Source of the DNA: Rhodocyclaceae bacterium
Lineage (GTDB): Bacteria; Pseudomonadota; Gammaproteobacteria; Burkholderiales; Rhodocyclaceae
Direction: 5' to 3'
Assembly: GCA_036824005.1 (NCBI GenBank)
Contig: DAITBA010000001.1
Location: 611,431-675,430 of the forward strand
Length of the DNA: 64,000 nt
Of the stretch, positions 1-9,787 are shown one piece after another. The position numbers were made by a program, and so were the translations under genes. The notes beneath the pieces are model-generated. The model was not told the origin of the DNA. It saw only the letters and a program-made list of their open reading frames with translations, and made no database searches. Numbering within the stretch: position 1 is the stretch's first letter; each line of letters starts with the position of its first letter.

Positions 1-1101
1 GCCGCGCTGGGCGCACAGCTCGACGAAGTGCGCGCCCTTCTGCGCCGATTCATTGAACAGGATGCCGTTGTTGGCGATAATGCCGACGGGATAGCCATGC
101 AGGCGCGCGAAGCCGGTGACCAGGGTCGTCCCGTAGCGCGCCTTGAACTCGTCCAGGCGCGAGCCGTCCACGATGCGGGCGATCACTTCGCGCACGTCAT
201 AGGGCTTGCGCGTGTCCGTGGGGATGACACCGTAGAGCTCCTCCGGGTCGTAGGCAGGTTCCTCGGGCGACGCGAGCTCCATGCTAATGGGCTTGCCACG
301 ATTCAGATTGCCGACTATGCGCCGCGCCAGGTACAAGGCGTGGGCGTCGCTTTCGGCGAGATGATCGGCGACACCGGAGATGCGGGTATGCACGTCGCCG
401 CCACCCAGGTCCTCGGCGCTCACCACTTCGCCGGTGGCCGCCTTCACCAGCGGTGGGCCACCGAGAAAGATGGTGCCCTGGTTGCGGACGATGACCGCCT
501 CGTCGCTCATCGCCGGGACGTAGGCGCCGCCGGCGGTGCAGGAGCCCATGACGACGGCGATTTGGGGAATCCCCAGGCCGGACAGAGTGGCCTGGTTGTA
601 GAAGATGCGGCCGAAGTGGTCGCGGTCCGGAAAGACCTCATCCTGGGTCGGCAGATTGGCGCCGCCGGAGTCCACCAGATAGACGCAGGGCAGACGGTTC
701 TCGCGGGCGATATCCTGGGCGCGCAGATGCTTCTTGACCGTCATCGGATAGTAGCTGCCGCCCTTCACGGTGGCGTCGTTGGCGACGATCATGCACTCCC
801 GGCCCATGATCCTGCCGATGCCGGTGACGATGCCCGCCGATGCCACCTCGTTGCCGTACATCTCCCACGCGGCGAGCTGGGACAGCTCCAGAAAAGGCGT
901 GCCCGGATCGAGCAGTGAGGCGACGCGGTCGCGCACCAGCAGCTTGCCCCGCGCCAGATGTTTCTGGCGATGCTCGTCCGGTCCGCCGCGCGACACCTGA
1001 TCGGTCTTGGCACGCAAATCGGCGACCAGGGCGCGCATGGCCTGCGCGTTGGCGCGGAACTCGTCGCTGCGAGTATTAAGGTTGGATTTCAGTGTCGTCA
1101 T
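1..1101 (-). CDS. liuB: Methylcrotonyl-CoA carboxylase carboxyltransferase (beta) subunit; C-terminal part lies beyond the window start
   Basis: Missing from the ORF track because it is open at the window edge. My minus-strand translation from ATG (1101-1099) reads [107 protein letters not shown] with no stop down to position 1. This is the acyl-CoA carboxyltransferase pattern, and the gene lies in an ivd/liuR cluster. The 296-aa plus-strand ORF 28..918 is its antisense shadow. Confidence 0.9.
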   Translation of the reverse strand, partial: MTTLKSNLNTRSDEFRANAQAMRALVADLRAKTDQVSRGGPDEHRQKHLARGKLLVRDRVASLLDPGTPFLELSQLAAWEMYGNEVASAGIVTGIGRIMGRECMIVANDATVKGGSYYPMTVKKHLRAQDIARENRLPCVYLVDSGGANLPTQDEVFPDRDHFGRIFYNQATLSGLGIPQIAVVMGSCTAGGAYVPAMSDEAVIVRNQGTIFLGGPPLVKAATGEVVSAEDLGGGDVHTRISGVADHLAESDAHALYLARRIVGNLNRGKPISMELASPEEPAYDPEELYGVIPTDTRKPYDVREVIARIVDGSRLDEFKARYGTTLVTGFARLHGYPVGIIANNGILFNESAQKGAHFVELCAQRG

Positions 1102-1105
1102 AAAA

Positions 1106-1188
1106 CCCACCACAGAGACACAGAGGCACAGAGCAATCCACAGAGAATTCGTGCTTTCCTCTGTGCTACCCTCTGTGTCTCTGTGGTT
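1106..1188. repeat. Intergenic palindromic element, copy A (REP/MITE-like; arms of short tandem CACAGAG-type units)
   Basis: Left arm ccaccacagagacacagaggcacagag and right arm ctctgtgctaccctctgtgtctctgtgg are inverted copies around a short loop. Lies between liuB and the DsbA-like isomerase gene. Confidence 0.8.
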
Positions 1189-1195
1189 CAGCCTT

Positions 1196-1813
1196 TCAAA
1201 ATCCTCTCGTCTGCAACCACTTCTCCACCTGCGGCAGGCGGTCGGAGCCCCAGAACGGCTCGCCGTCCACAATGATAAACGGCGAACCGAAGACGCCGCG
1301 AGCGAGCGCGCTGTCGTTCGCCTTCTTGAGCCGCTCCTTCACGGTCGGATCGCTCAAGCCGGCGCTGAACGCATCCTTGTCCATGCCCAGGGAATCGGCG
1401 AACACCGCCAGACGCTGGGAATCGGAGATGTCGATGCCCTCGGCGAAATAAGCCCGGTAGCAGACTCTGGCGAAGGCGCGGGCGAGGCGGGGGTCGCGCT
1501 GCTGCAGCCAGTAGTAGCCGCGCGCCGCATTCACGGTAGCGATGGGAAACACGGCGGGCGGCCGATAGGCGATGCCGAGATGGCGCGCCGTGCGCGGAAT
1601 GTCGCGCAATGCGTACTCGCCCTTGAGCGGCAGCTCCGGCAAGGGCGCACTGCCGGTGACCTTGAACACCACACCGAGCAGGATCGGATGCCATTCGACC
1701 GCGCGGCCGTAGCGCGCCGCCAGCTCGTCGATCCGCTCTGAGGCGAAATAGCCGTAGGGGGAGGAGAAGTCGAAATAGAAGTCGATAGCCGCCGTCACGT
1801 GTTGCCCCCGCAT
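1196..1813 (-). CDS. 2-hydroxychromene-2-carboxylate isomerase / DsbA-like thioredoxin-fold family protein
   Basis: ORF 1196..1858 trimmed to the internal Met: [32 protein letters not shown]...[21 protein letters not shown], typical of the HCCA isomerase/DsbA-like family. Confidence 0.8.
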   Translation of the reverse strand: MRGQHVTAAIDFYFDFSSPYGYFASERIDELAARYGRAVEWHPILLGVVFKVTGSAPLPELPLKGEYALRDIPRTARHLGIAYRPPAVFPIATVNAARGYYWLQQRDPRLARAFARVCYRAYFAEGIDISDSQRLAVFADSLGMDKDAFSAGLSDPTVKERLKKANDSALARGVFGSPFIIVDGEPFWGSDRLPQVEKWLQTRGF

Positions 1814-1816
1814 TTT

Positions 1817-1945
1817 CACCACCAAGGGCACCAAGGACACCAAGAAAACGCAAACCATCCTCTCATTGCCAATATCGCTGACAGATGGCGAACGATCCCG
1901 GCGGTCTCCTGAACTTCTTGGTGTCCTTGGTGTTCTTGGTGGTGG
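1817..1945. repeat. Intergenic palindromic element, copy B (variant with CACCAAGG units)
   Basis: Left arm caccaccaagggcaccaaggacaccaagaa, loop of about 70 nt, right arm ttcttggtgtccttggtgttcttggtggtgg. Same architecture as the other copies but a different unit sequence. Confidence 0.75.
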
Positions 1946-1954
1946 ATAATCCCT

Positions 1955-3085
1955 CTACATGAACGCCCGGCTGATCACCAGCCGCTGGATGTCGCTCGCG
2001 CCTTCGTAAATCTGCGTCACGCGCACGTCGCGATAGATGCGCTCCACCGGGAAGTCGGCGACGTAGCCGTAGCCGCCGTGGATCTGGATGGCGTCGGAGC
2101 AGACACGTTCGGCCATCTCCGAGGCGAACAGCTTGGCCATGGACGCTTCCTTCAGGCACGGCTTGCGGGCGTCGCGCAGGTTCGCCGCGTGCAGCACCAG
2201 TTGCCGCGCCGCCTCGATCCCGGTGGCCATGTCGGCAAGGCGGAAGCTCACCGCCTGGTGCTCGATGATGGGCTTGCCGAAGCTCTCCCGTTCCCGGGCG
2301 TAACGCAGTGCCGCCTCGAAGGCGGCGCGGGCCATGCCGACCGACTGGGCGGCGATGCCGATGCGTCCGGCCTCCAGGTTGGCAAGCGCGATGCGGTAGC
2401 CCTCGCCCTCGTGGCCGAGCAGGTTCTCCGCCGGGATGCGGCAGTCCTCGAACAGTATCTGCGCCGTATCCGAGGCGTGCTGGCCCATCTTCTCCTCGAT
2501 GCGGGCGACGATGTATCCCGGCGTGGCGGTGGGCACGATGAACGCCGAGATGCCTTTCTTGCCCGCAGCCTTGTCGGTGCATGCAAATACGATGGCGATG
2601 TCGGCGTTCTTGCCCGAGGTGATGAACTGCTTGACGCCGTTCAGCACCCAGGCATCGCCGTCGCGCACGGCGCAGGTACGGATGGCGGCGGCATCGGAAC
2701 CGGCGTGGGGCTCGGTAAGGCAGAAGCAGCCGAGCTGGGTGCCGCTCGCCAGGGGCTTGAGGAACTTTTCCTTCTGCGCCTCGCTGCCGAACGCGAGGAT
2801 GGGGCCGCAGACCACGGAGTTGTTGACGCTGATGATGGTCGACGTGGCGCCGTCGCCGGCGGCGATCTCCTCCAGCGCCAGGGCCAGCGAGACGTAGTCC
2901 AGGCCGGCGCCACCCCACCGCTCCGGCACCACCATGCCGAAGGCGCCGAGCGCCGCCAGCTCCTTGAGCGCTTCGCGCGGGAATGTGGCATCGCGATCCC
3001 ACTCGGCGGCGTGCGGCGCAAGCTGCTCGCGGGCGAAGGCGCGCATGGCATCGCGGATCATCTCCTGGGTGTCGCTCAGTATCAC
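1955..3085 (-). CDS. Acyl-CoA dehydrogenase (short/branched-chain type)
   Basis: 376-aa ORF with an ACAD signature throughout: ..[69 protein letters not shown]. Confidence 0.92.
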   Translation of the reverse strand: MILSDTQEMIRDAMRAFAREQLAPHAAEWDRDATFPREALKELAALGAFGMVVPERWGGAGLDYVSLALALEEIAAGDGATSTIISVNNSVVCGPILAFGSEAQKEKFLKPLASGTQLGCFCLTEPHAGSDAAAIRTCAVRDGDAWVLNGVKQFITSGKNADIAIVFACTDKAAGKKGISAFIVPTATPGYIVARIEEKMGQHASDTAQILFEDCRIPAENLLGHEGEGYRIALANLEAGRIGIAAQSVGMARAAFEAALRYARERESFGKPIIEHQAVSFRLADMATGIEAARQLVLHAANLRDARKPCLKEASMAKLFASEMAERVCSDAIQIHGGYGYVADFPVERIYRDVRVTQIYEGASDIQRLVISRAFM

Positions 3086-3098
3086 TTTTCGGTCGCTT

Positions 3099-3494
3099 TC
3101 AATCGACGAACTGCGCCCGGACGATGCGCCATTCCTGCGGGCCGTCCAGGGTGCGCGAGCAGCCCAGCGCCTCGGGTGCCGCGCCGGGTTTCAAGTCGGT
3201 CTTCGAGCGGTCGCCGGTACCGACGCCCATGTGGTAGCGATCGAGCCACACCCGTACCGTGCGCGAAGCATGGGTGCTCGTCACCAGAATCTGCACGGCA
3301 TTGCGCGCGACGCACGTGGCTTCGAACTCCTGAGCGAAGCGAACGAAGGAGCGCGCGTCCTCCTCCTGTGCCCGCGCCGATTGCGACGGCATGCCCAGCG
3401 TCGAGAGCGACAGCGCAATCATCCATGTCACCGCGGCGGCGCAGCGCGGGCGCGCAGTCTGTCCGGACACGGGATGCATCTCGGGCTGACTCAC
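3099..3494 (-). CDS. Hypothetical small exported protein
   Basis: 131-aa ORF that fills the gap between the ACAD and thiolase genes on the same strand. Has a hydrophobic N-terminal stretch ([20 protein letters not shown]). No family recognised; start uncertain. Confidence 0.45.
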   Translation of the reverse strand: MSQPEMHPVSGQTARPRCAAAVTWMIALSLSTLGMPSQSARAQEEDARSFVRFAQEFEATCVARNAVQILVTSTHASRTVRVWLDRYHMGVGTGDRSKTDLKPGAAPEALGCSRTLDGPQEWRIVRAQFVD

Positions 3495-3510
3495 GTCCTG
3501 AGGTGTCCGC

Positions 3511-4692
3511 CTAGACCATCTCGATGGCCATGGCCGTGGCTTCGCCGCCGCCGATGCACAGGCTGGCGATGCCGCGCTTCAGGCCATGCTTGCGCAGCGC
3601 CCCGATCAGCGTGACCAGGATGCGCGCGCCGCTGGCGCCGATGGGGTGGCCCAGGGCGCAGGCCCCGCCATGGACGTTGACCTTGTCATGGGGCAGCCTG
3701 TGTTCGCGCATCGCCGCCATGGCCACCACAGCGAAGGCCTCGTTGATCTCGTACAGATCGACCTTGTCGGCCATCCAGCCGGTACGCTCGAACAGTTTGG
3801 CGATGGCGCCCACCGGCGCCGTGGTGAACAGACCCGGCTGCTGCGCGTGGGTGCTGTGGCCGACGATCACGGCCAGCGGCGCGAGACCGAGCTTTTCGGC
3901 CGTGGAGCGGCGCATTAGCACCAGCGCCGCGGCGCCGTCGGAGATGGAACTGGAATTTGCCGCCGTCACCGTGCCGTCCTTGCGGAACGCGGCCTTCAGG
4001 CTGGGAATCTTTTCGATGTTGGCCTTGAAAGGCTGCTCGTCGCCGGCGACGGCCACGTCGCCCTTTCGTCCCGCCACGGTCACCGGCGCGATCTCCCAGG
4101 CGAAGGTGCTGTCGGTGTTCGCCCGCTGCGCCCGGGTGAGCGAGGTGATGGCGAATTCGTCCTGGGCCTGGCGGGTGAATTGGTAGCTGGCGGCGCAGTC
4201 CTCGGCGAAAGTGCCCATGAGACGCCCCTTGTCGTAGGCGTCCTCGAGTCCGTCGAGGAACATGTGGTCCAGCACCTGGCCGTGGCCCATGCGGTAGCCG
4301 CCGCGCGCCTTGGGCAGCAGGTAGGGCGCGTTGGTCATGGATTCCATGCCGCCGGCGACCATGATCTCGTTCGTGCCGGCAAGCAGCAGGTCATGGGCGA
4401 ACATGGCGGCCTTCATGCCCGATCCGCACATCTTGTTCACCGTCGTGCAGCCGGCGGCGAGCGGCAGTCCGGCACCGAGCGACGCCTGCCGTGCCGGTGC
4501 CTGCCCCTGGCCGGCGGGCAGCACGCAGCCCATGATCACTTCCTGCACTTGTTCGGGCCCGATGCCCGCGCGTTCGACTGCCGCCTGGATGGCGACGCTG
4601 CCCAGTTGCGCCGCCGTCAGCGCGGCGAAGTCGCCTTGAAATGCGCCCATGGGCGTGCGGGCGGCCGAGACGATGACGACAGGATCATTCAT
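3511..4692 (-). CDS. Acetyl-CoA C-acetyltransferase (thiolase II)
   Basis: 393-aa ORF: MNDPVVIVSAARTPMGAFQG..VNKMCGSGMKA..NVHGGACALGHPIGASGARIL..ASLCIGGGEATAMAIE. Classic thiolase active-site motifs. Confidence 0.94.
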   Translation of the reverse strand: MNDPVVIVSAARTPMGAFQGDFAALTAAQLGSVAIQAAVERAGIGPEQVQEVIMGCVLPAGQGQAPARQASLGAGLPLAAGCTTVNKMCGSGMKAAMFAHDLLLAGTNEIMVAGGMESMTNAPYLLPKARGGYRMGHGQVLDHMFLDGLEDAYDKGRLMGTFAEDCAASYQFTRQAQDEFAITSLTRAQRANTDSTFAWEIAPVTVAGRKGDVAVAGDEQPFKANIEKIPSLKAAFRKDGTVTAANSSSISDGAAALVLMRRSTAEKLGLAPLAVIVGHSTHAQQPGLFTTAPVGAIAKLFERTGWMADKVDLYEINEAFAVVAMAAMREHRLPHDKVNVHGGACALGHPIGASGARILVTLIGALRKHGLKRGIASLCIGGGEATAMAIEMV

Positions 4693-4734
4693 TTCATTCC
4701 ACTCCTCGCTTATATGCTGGCCGGCATGACACGG

Positions 4735-5166
4735 TCAGCGCTGCCATGGTAAATCGTACTCCACTACATGCGCCCGCGCCTTGGCCACGATAGCCTCGGG
4801 AAACTCGCAGGACTTGCGCGCGGCGGTGTCCATGTGCACACCTGTCAGCAAGGTGATGGCGGAAATCTCCTGCGTTTCAGCGTTGCGCATCTCATGCACG
4901 AAGCGGATGACCTTTTCGCGCACTTCGATGGTTCCGGTGCGCACCGCCACCGTGTCGCCGGCGTGCAGCTCGCGCCGATAGGCGATGCGCTGCTCCACAG
5001 CGGCCATGCCGCGCCCCTGGTCGCGCAGATAAGAGGGTGTGAGGTCGAGGTAGGCGAAGAAGTTCCACGTCGCCTCGTCGAATTTGCCGACGTACCACAT
5101 GACGTTCATGTGATCCATGTGGTCGCAGTGCCACGGATAGACGGTGCCGCGGTAGGTTTCGATCAT
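4735..5166 (-). CDS. Acyl-CoA thioesterase, hotdog fold (4HBT/YbgC-like), paralog 1
   Basis: Internal Met of ORF 4735..5583: MIETYRGTVYPWHCDHMDHMNVMWYVGKFDEATWNFF... (143 aa). Its ATG overlaps the stop of the upstream paralog. Confidence 0.8.
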   Translation of the reverse strand: MIETYRGTVYPWHCDHMDHMNVMWYVGKFDEATWNFFAYLDLTPSYLRDQGRGMAAVEQRIAYRRELHAGDTVAVRTGTIEVREKVIRFVHEMRNAETQEISAITLLTGVHMDTAARKSCEFPEAIVAKARAHVVEYDLPWQR

Positions 5167-5669
5167 GGTGCAGATGCGGTTTGCCGCAGGCCTCCGTGGC
5201 AGGCCGGGTCGACCACGAGCGCCCGTGCCCGTGCCGCCACGTCGTCCGGGAAGGGCCTCGCCTTGCGCGTCTGCGGATCGAGACACACGACGGTAAACTC
5301 GCACGCCGCGCAGACTTCGCCGGTTTCGGTGTTGAACAGTTCGTGGATGAAGCGCAGGACCTTGCCGCGGATCTCGATCACGCCGGAGCGCACCGCCACC
5401 GTATCGCCGGGATACATCTCCTTGCGATAGGAGATGTTCTGCTGCACCGCCGCCATGTGCAGAGCACCGCTGCGCAGCAGCGAGGGTGTCATGCCGATCA
5501 TGGCGTAGAGCTGCCAGCAGGCCTGCTCGAAGAACTCCATGTACGCACGCACGTTGATGTGCCCCATGTGATCGCGCTGCCACTCGTGTACCGTGCCGCG
5601 CGCCGTCTCCACCCAGTCAGCCACACTTGCCTCCGCGATTGCCGAATGTTCGTCCGGGGAACAGCTCAT
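5163..5669 (-). CDS. Acyl-CoA thioesterase, hotdog fold, paralog 2
   Basis: 168-aa ORF: ..TARGTVHEWQRDHMGHINVRAYMEFFEQACWQLY..GDTVAVRSGVIEIRGKVLRFIHEL. Clearly paralogous to 4735..5166. Shares an ATGA overlap with the carbonic anhydrase stop. Confidence 0.8.
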   Translation of the reverse strand: MSCSPDEHSAIAEASVADWVETARGTVHEWQRDHMGHINVRAYMEFFEQACWQLYAMIGMTPSLLRSGALHMAAVQQNISYRKEMYPGDTVAVRSGVIEIRGKVLRFIHELFNTETGEVCAACEFTVVCLDPQTRKARPFPDDVAARARALVVDPACHGGLRQTASAP

Positions 5670-6322
5670 TCGCCGCGCCGGCCGACGGCGGCGAGTGCCA
5701 TGGCGTAGGCGTCGAAAAGCTCGTCACGCGCCCGTACCGCGAGGTTCAGGTCGCGCAGCAGTCCATCGCGCAGGCCGTAGATCCAGCCGCGCACTGTGAG
5801 CGGCTGACCGCGTTCCCAGGCGTCTTGTACGGCGGTGCATTGCCCGACGTTCACCACCTGCTCGATGACATTGAGCTCGCACAGCCTGTCGTGACGCATT
5901 TCGGCTGCGGCGATGTCGTCGAGCAGGCGCTGGTGTTTGAAATACACATTCTGGACATGGCGCAGCCAGTTGTCGGACAGGCCGATGCGCTTGCGCGCCA
6001 TGGCCGCGAGCACGCCGCTGCAGCCGTAGTGGCCGACGACGATGATGTGCTTGATCTTGAGCTGATCGACGGCGAACTCGATCACCGATTGGCAGTTCAG
6101 ATCGGTGTGCACCACCACGTTGGCGACATTGCGATGCACGAACACCTCGCCCGGCATCAGGCCGATGATCTCGTTGGCCGGCACGCGGCTGTCGGAACAG
6201 CCGATCCACAGATATTCCGGCGTCTGCTGACGCGAGAGCTTGGCGAAGAACTCCGGATCTGCGGCGCGCATGCGCTCCGCCCAGAGGCGGTTATTGCGAA
6301 ACAAATGATCCAGTTGGTCCAT
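5666..6322 (-). CDS. can: Beta-class carbonic anhydrase
   Basis: Internal Met of ORF 5666..6808: MDQLDHLFRNNRLWAERMRAADPEFFAKLSRQQTPEYLWIGCSDSRVPANE..IIVVGHYGCSGV. Contains the CxDxR and HxxC zinc-ligand motifs. The upstream part of the track ORF overlaps ivd and is spurious. Confidence 0.88.
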   Translation of the reverse strand: MDQLDHLFRNNRLWAERMRAADPEFFAKLSRQQTPEYLWIGCSDSRVPANEIIGLMPGEVFVHRNVANVVVHTDLNCQSVIEFAVDQLKIKHIIVVGHYGCSGVLAAMARKRIGLSDNWLRHVQNVYFKHQRLLDDIAAAEMRHDRLCELNVIEQVVNVGQCTAVQDAWERGQPLTVRGWIYGLRDGLLRDLNLAVRARDELFDAYAMALAAVGRRGE

Positions 6323-6386
6323 TTCTCGGAGTCTCTGTCGGCGCGCGGCGCGGGCCGGCCCCGCCCCGCCGTGGCCATAGCCGTTG

Positions 6387-7559
6387 CTACATGCTTTCCG
6401 CAAACAGCTCGCGACCGATGAGCATGCGGCGGATTTCCGAGGTCCCGGCGCCGATTTCGTAGAGCTTGGCATCGCGCCACAGCCGCCCGGTCGGGTAATC
6501 GTTGATGTAGCCATTGCCGCCCAGGCACTGAATCGCTTCGCCGGCCATCCAGGTTGCCTTCTCGGCAGCGTAAAGGATCGCGCCGGCGGCGTCCTTGCGC
6601 AAGGTGCGCGCGTGTCCGGCGCGATCGCAGTTCCTGCCCACGGCGTACACGTAGGCGCGGCAGGCGCTGAAGGTGGTGTACATGTCGGCGAGCTTGCCCT
6701 GCATGAGCTGGAACTCGCCGATGGGCTGGCCGAATTGCTTGCGTTCATGGATGTAGGGAACGACTGCATCGAGGCAGGCGGCCATGATTCCCAGGGGCCC
6801 GCCGGCAAGCACGGCGCGTTCGTAGTCCAGTCCGCTCATCAACACGCGCACGCCGCCGCCGACCCGGCCCAGGACGTTCTCCGCGGGCACCTCGCAGTCC
6901 TGGAACACCAGCTCGCAGGTGTTGGAGCCACGCATGCCCAGCTTGTCCAGTTTCTGTGCCGTCGAAAAGCCCTTGAAACCCCTCTCGACCAGAAAAGCAG
7001 TGATGCCCTGTGCGCCGGCGGCCGGGTCGGTCTTGGCATAGACCACGAGCGTGTCGGCGTCGGGGCCGTTGGTGATCCACATCTTGTTGCCGTTGAGCAC
7101 GAAGCGATCGCCTTGCCGCTCGGCGCGCAGCTTCATGGACACGACATCCGAGCCCGAGCCGGGTTCGCTCATGGCCAGCGCGCCCACGTGCTCGCCGGAG
7201 ACCAGCCTGGGCAGATACCTGCGTTTCTGATCGTCGCTGCCGTTGCGCCGGATCTGATTGACGCATAGGTTGGAGTGGGCCCCGTAGGACAATCCTACGG
7301 AGGCCGAGGCGCGGGAGATCTCCTCCATGGCGACGATGTGGGCGAGATAGCCGAGCCCGGCGCCGCCGAATTCCTCGTCGACGGTGATGCCGAGCAGGCC
7401 CAGGTCACCAAGCTTGCGCCACAGCTCCACGGGAAAGTGATTGCTGCGGTCGATCTCGGCGGCGCGCGGTGCCAGTTCCTTTTCGGCGAAGGCGCGCACG
7501 CTGTCGCGCAGCATGTCGATCGTTTCGCCCAGATCGAAGTCCATTGCGGGAAGGTTCAT
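6387..7559 (-). CDS. liuA: Isovaleryl-CoA dehydrogenase
   Basis: 390-aa ORF: ..[88 protein letters not shown]-type ACAD. Confidence 0.93.
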   Translation of the reverse strand: MNLPAMDFDLGETIDMLRDSVRAFAEKELAPRAAEIDRSNHFPVELWRKLGDLGLLGITVDEEFGGAGLGYLAHIVAMEEISRASASVGLSYGAHSNLCVNQIRRNGSDDQKRRYLPRLVSGEHVGALAMSEPGSGSDVVSMKLRAERQGDRFVLNGNKMWITNGPDADTLVVYAKTDPAAGAQGITAFLVERGFKGFSTAQKLDKLGMRGSNTCELVFQDCEVPAENVLGRVGGGVRVLMSGLDYERAVLAGGPLGIMAACLDAVVPYIHERKQFGQPIGEFQLMQGKLADMYTTFSACRAYVYAVGRNCDRAGHARTLRKDAAGAILYAAEKATWMAGEAIQCLGGNGYINDYPTGRLWRDAKLYEIGAGTSEIRRMLIGRELFAESM

Positions 7560-7590
7560 GGTTTGTCTCCTCGCGTCCTGTGTCCTGCGG

Positions 7591-8052
7591 TCAACGGTCC
7601 GCCTTGCCGTGCATGGTCATCAGGGTCTGTTGCATCGCGGCGCAGAGCACGCGGTGGCTGCCGCGCTCGGCGAACACCTCGGCTCGGGTGATGACCAGAT
7701 TGCGGCCGGCCTTGACGACGTGGCCATGGGCGACGAGCCGTTCGCCATCGCCCGGTGCCAGGATGTTGAGCTTGTACTCCACGGTGAGCACGCTGGAATC
7801 GGCGGGCATGAGGGAGAAACCGGCATAACCGCCGGCCACGTCGGCCAGGGTGCCGATGACGCCACCATGAAAATAGCCGTGCTGCTGGGTGACCTCGGAA
7901 CGGAAGGCCAGGCAGATTTCGCAATAGCCGGGGCGGATCTCCGTCAGCTCGGCACCAATGAAAGACATCATCTTCTGCCGGGCGAAACTGGCGCGCACGC
8001 GGTCGGCGAAATGCGGGTCGCGCGGCTCGAAATGTCTGCCCCGTTCGCTCAA
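7591..8052 (-). CDS. PaaI-family (hotdog fold) thioesterase
   Basis: 153-aa ORF: ..[47 protein letters not shown]. First gene downstream of the LiuR-type operator. Confidence 0.8.
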   Translation of the reverse strand: MSERGRHFEPRDPHFADRVRASFARQKMMSFIGAELTEIRPGYCEICLAFRSEVTQQHGYFHGGVIGTLADVAGGYAGFSLMPADSSVLTVEYKLNILAPGDGERLVAHGHVVKAGRNLVITRAEVFAERGSHRVLCAAMQQTLMTMHGKADR

Positions 8053-8095
8053 GGCGCCTCCTCCTCCAGGTGGCCGCGTTTGCAGCTCGCCGCGA

Positions 8096-8125
8096 ATTCT
8101 AGGTTGACGTTTACGTCAACGTCAA
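8096..8125 (-). promoter_or_regulatory. Sigma70-type promoter of the liu operon
   Basis: The minus strand reads TTGACG (-35, 8125-8120), an 18-nt spacer, then TAGAAT (-10, 8101-8096). It sits about 45 nt upstream of the PaaI thioesterase start codon. Confidence 0.55.
8104..8119. promoter_or_regulatory. Palindromic operator TTGACGTTTACGTCAA (LiuR/MerR-type site)
   Basis: Perfect 7+7 inverted repeat TTGACGT-nn-ACGTCAA inside the promoter spacer. A further ACGTCAAC half-site copy follows at 8120-8126. Located between liuR and the catabolic genes. Confidence 0.6.
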
Positions 8126-8140
8126 CATTTTGTTAAAATA

Positions 8141-8569
8141 TCAACGAATCTCCTGGTCCGACACCGACTGCTGCGCTGTTCCCAGGCGGCCGGACTTGGC
8201 AAGCAGTTGCCGGCACTGGCGCTCCAAGGCGTACACCTCGGACAGTACCGCTTCGACGTCTTCGCGTTGCTGCTCCAGGGCTGCCTTGCGACGCGCCAAT
8301 ACGGTCAGGAAGCGTGTCAGTTGCGGGCTTTCGTCGTGGGCCGTATCGTACATGTCGATCAGCTCGCGGATCTCGGCCAGGGAGAGGCCGAGCCGCCTGC
8401 CGCGCAGCGTCAACTTTAGGCGCGTGCGGTCGCGCTTATCGTAGACGCGCGTGTTGCGGTCGCGCCGCGGCGAGAGCAGGCCTTGGTCCTCGTAGTAACG
8501 AATCGCCCGGGGAGTGACGCGGAACTCGCGCGCCAACTCGGTGATCGTGTAGGTGGTATCGCTGTTCAT
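8141..8569 (-). CDS. liuR: MerR-family transcriptional regulator (LiuR-like)
   Basis: ORF 8141..8710 trimmed to MNSDTTYTITELAREFRVTPRAIRYYEDQGLLSPRRDRNTRVYDKRDRTRLKLTLRGRRLGLSLAEIRELI. This is a MerR HTH plus coiled coil; adjacent to ivd. Confidence 0.85.
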   Translation of the reverse strand: MNSDTTYTITELAREFRVTPRAIRYYEDQGLLSPRRDRNTRVYDKRDRTRLKLTLRGRRLGLSLAEIRELIDMYDTAHDESPQLTRFLTVLARRKAALEQQREDVEAVLSEVYALERQCRQLLAKSGRLGTAQQSVSDQEIR

Positions 8570-8736
8570 CGGCCGGAACTTGGTCCGGTTTCGCGCGGAG
8601 ACACGGACGGCAGGATTTTCAGGTAGTATGCAATGGTGCACCGCATCGAGCGCTGGCGCCCGCGCGGGGCAAGTTAAGCAGATTTCCCGCATCAAATCAA
8701 ATCGCCGCACCCAGCGAACAGGAGCAGCCTGCGCCC

Positions 8737-9771
8737 ATGGATCAGCCGATTGCCATCGACTATCCGCTCCATGACCTGCCCCCCGCTGGCAAGGCGCTGC
8801 CTGCGGCTCCGGGCATCGAGTGGGTGCGCATGCCGCTGCCTTTCGCCCTCGATCACGTCAATCTCTGGCTACTTCACGACGGCGACGGCTACACGCTTGT
8901 CGACGCGGGCATCGCCCTCGACTCTATCAAGGAAAGCTGGGAGGCAATTCTGGCGAGCGTTTGCGCCGCCAAACCGATCCGGCGCCTGATCGTCACCCAC
9001 TATCATCCTGACCATCTCGGCCTTGGCGCGTGGCTGGCCGCGAAGCTGGGCATCGAGGTGTGGATGACCCAGGGCGAATACCTCGCCGCGCTCGCCGTGC
9101 GCGAGCAACTGGCCGGCTTCGGCGTGCCTGCGATGCTGAAACAGTTTCGCGCCAACGGCCTCGACGAGGCGAGGCTGGACGCCCTGGCCCGGCGCGGCAA
9201 CAGCTACCGGCGCGGCGTGCCCGACCTGCCCGATCATTACCGGCGCATGGTCGACGGCGAGGACCTGCGCATTGACGGCCGCAACTGGCGTGTCATGGTC
9301 GGCCACGGCCATTCGCCGGAGCACGCCGCCCTTTACTGCGAGCAACTCGGCGTTCTGATTTCCGGCGACATGGTGCTGCCGCGCATCACCACGAACGTCA
9401 GCGTGCTCGCGGCGACCCCCGACGCCGATCCGCTCAAACTTTATCTCGATTCGCTCGCGCGCTACGCGCAACTATCGGCCGATACCCTCGTGCTGCCTTC
9501 CCATGGCCGGCCGTTCCGCGGCCTGCGTCAGCGCGTGGAGTTCGTGGCGGCCCATCATCGCGAGCGCTGCGACTTGCTGCTTGCCTGCTGTCCTGCGCCG
9601 CGCAGCGCCGCCGAGTTGCTGCCGACGTTGTTCACGCGCGAGCTCGACCCACACCAAGTCATGTTTGCCATGGGGGAAACGATCGCCCACCTCAACCGCC
9701 TCGTCTATGCCGGCGAGCTGCACAAGGTAGAGGGGAGCGACGGCATCACCCGCTTTGTCACGCTGCATTAA
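8737..9771 (+). CDS. MBL-fold metallo-hydrolase
   Basis: 344-aa ORF with the THYHPDHLG metal-binding motif and a later GHGHSPEH motif. Confidence 0.85.
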   Translation: MDQPIAIDYPLHDLPPAGKALPAAPGIEWVRMPLPFALDHVNLWLLHDGDGYTLVDAGIALDSIKESWEAILASVCAAKPIRRLIVTHYHPDHLGLGAWLAAKLGIEVWMTQGEYLAALAVREQLAGFGVPAMLKQFRANGLDEARLDALARRGNSYRRGVPDLPDHYRRMVDGEDLRIDGRNWRVMVGHGHSPEHAALYCEQLGVLISGDMVLPRITTNVSVLAATPDADPLKLYLDSLARYAQLSADTLVLPSHGRPFRGLRQRVEFVAAHHRERCDLLLACCPAPRSAAELLPTLFTRELDPHQVMFAMGETIAHLNRLVYAGELHKVEGSDGITRFVTLH

Positions 9772-9787
9772 TCAGGAGAGGAAACCA

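Noticed and set aside
28-918. 296-aa plus-strand ORF at the left edge
   Set aside because: It is the antisense shadow of the clearly recognisable liuB/mccB carboxyltransferase frame on the minus strand. Its composition is Ala/Gly/Arg-rich with no motifs.
2078-3514. 478-aa plus-strand ORF, plus similar long ORFs at 12236..13564(+), 19538..20896(-), 28907..30574(-), 30957..32627(-), 34830..36119(-), 41935..43449(+), 47343..49007(-) and 50662..51687(-)
   Set aside because: Each overlaps, on the opposite strand, one or more genes with strong family signatures. The products are Arg/Ala/Gly/Pro-rich low-complexity sequences without recognisable motifs, and several span two real genes.
8131-8139. 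Plus-strand extended -10-like TGTTAAAAT next to the LiuR palindrome
   Set aside because: No plus-strand gene follows for 600 nt, because the region is the 3' end of liuR on the other strand. The minus-strand promoter reading fits the gene layout much better.
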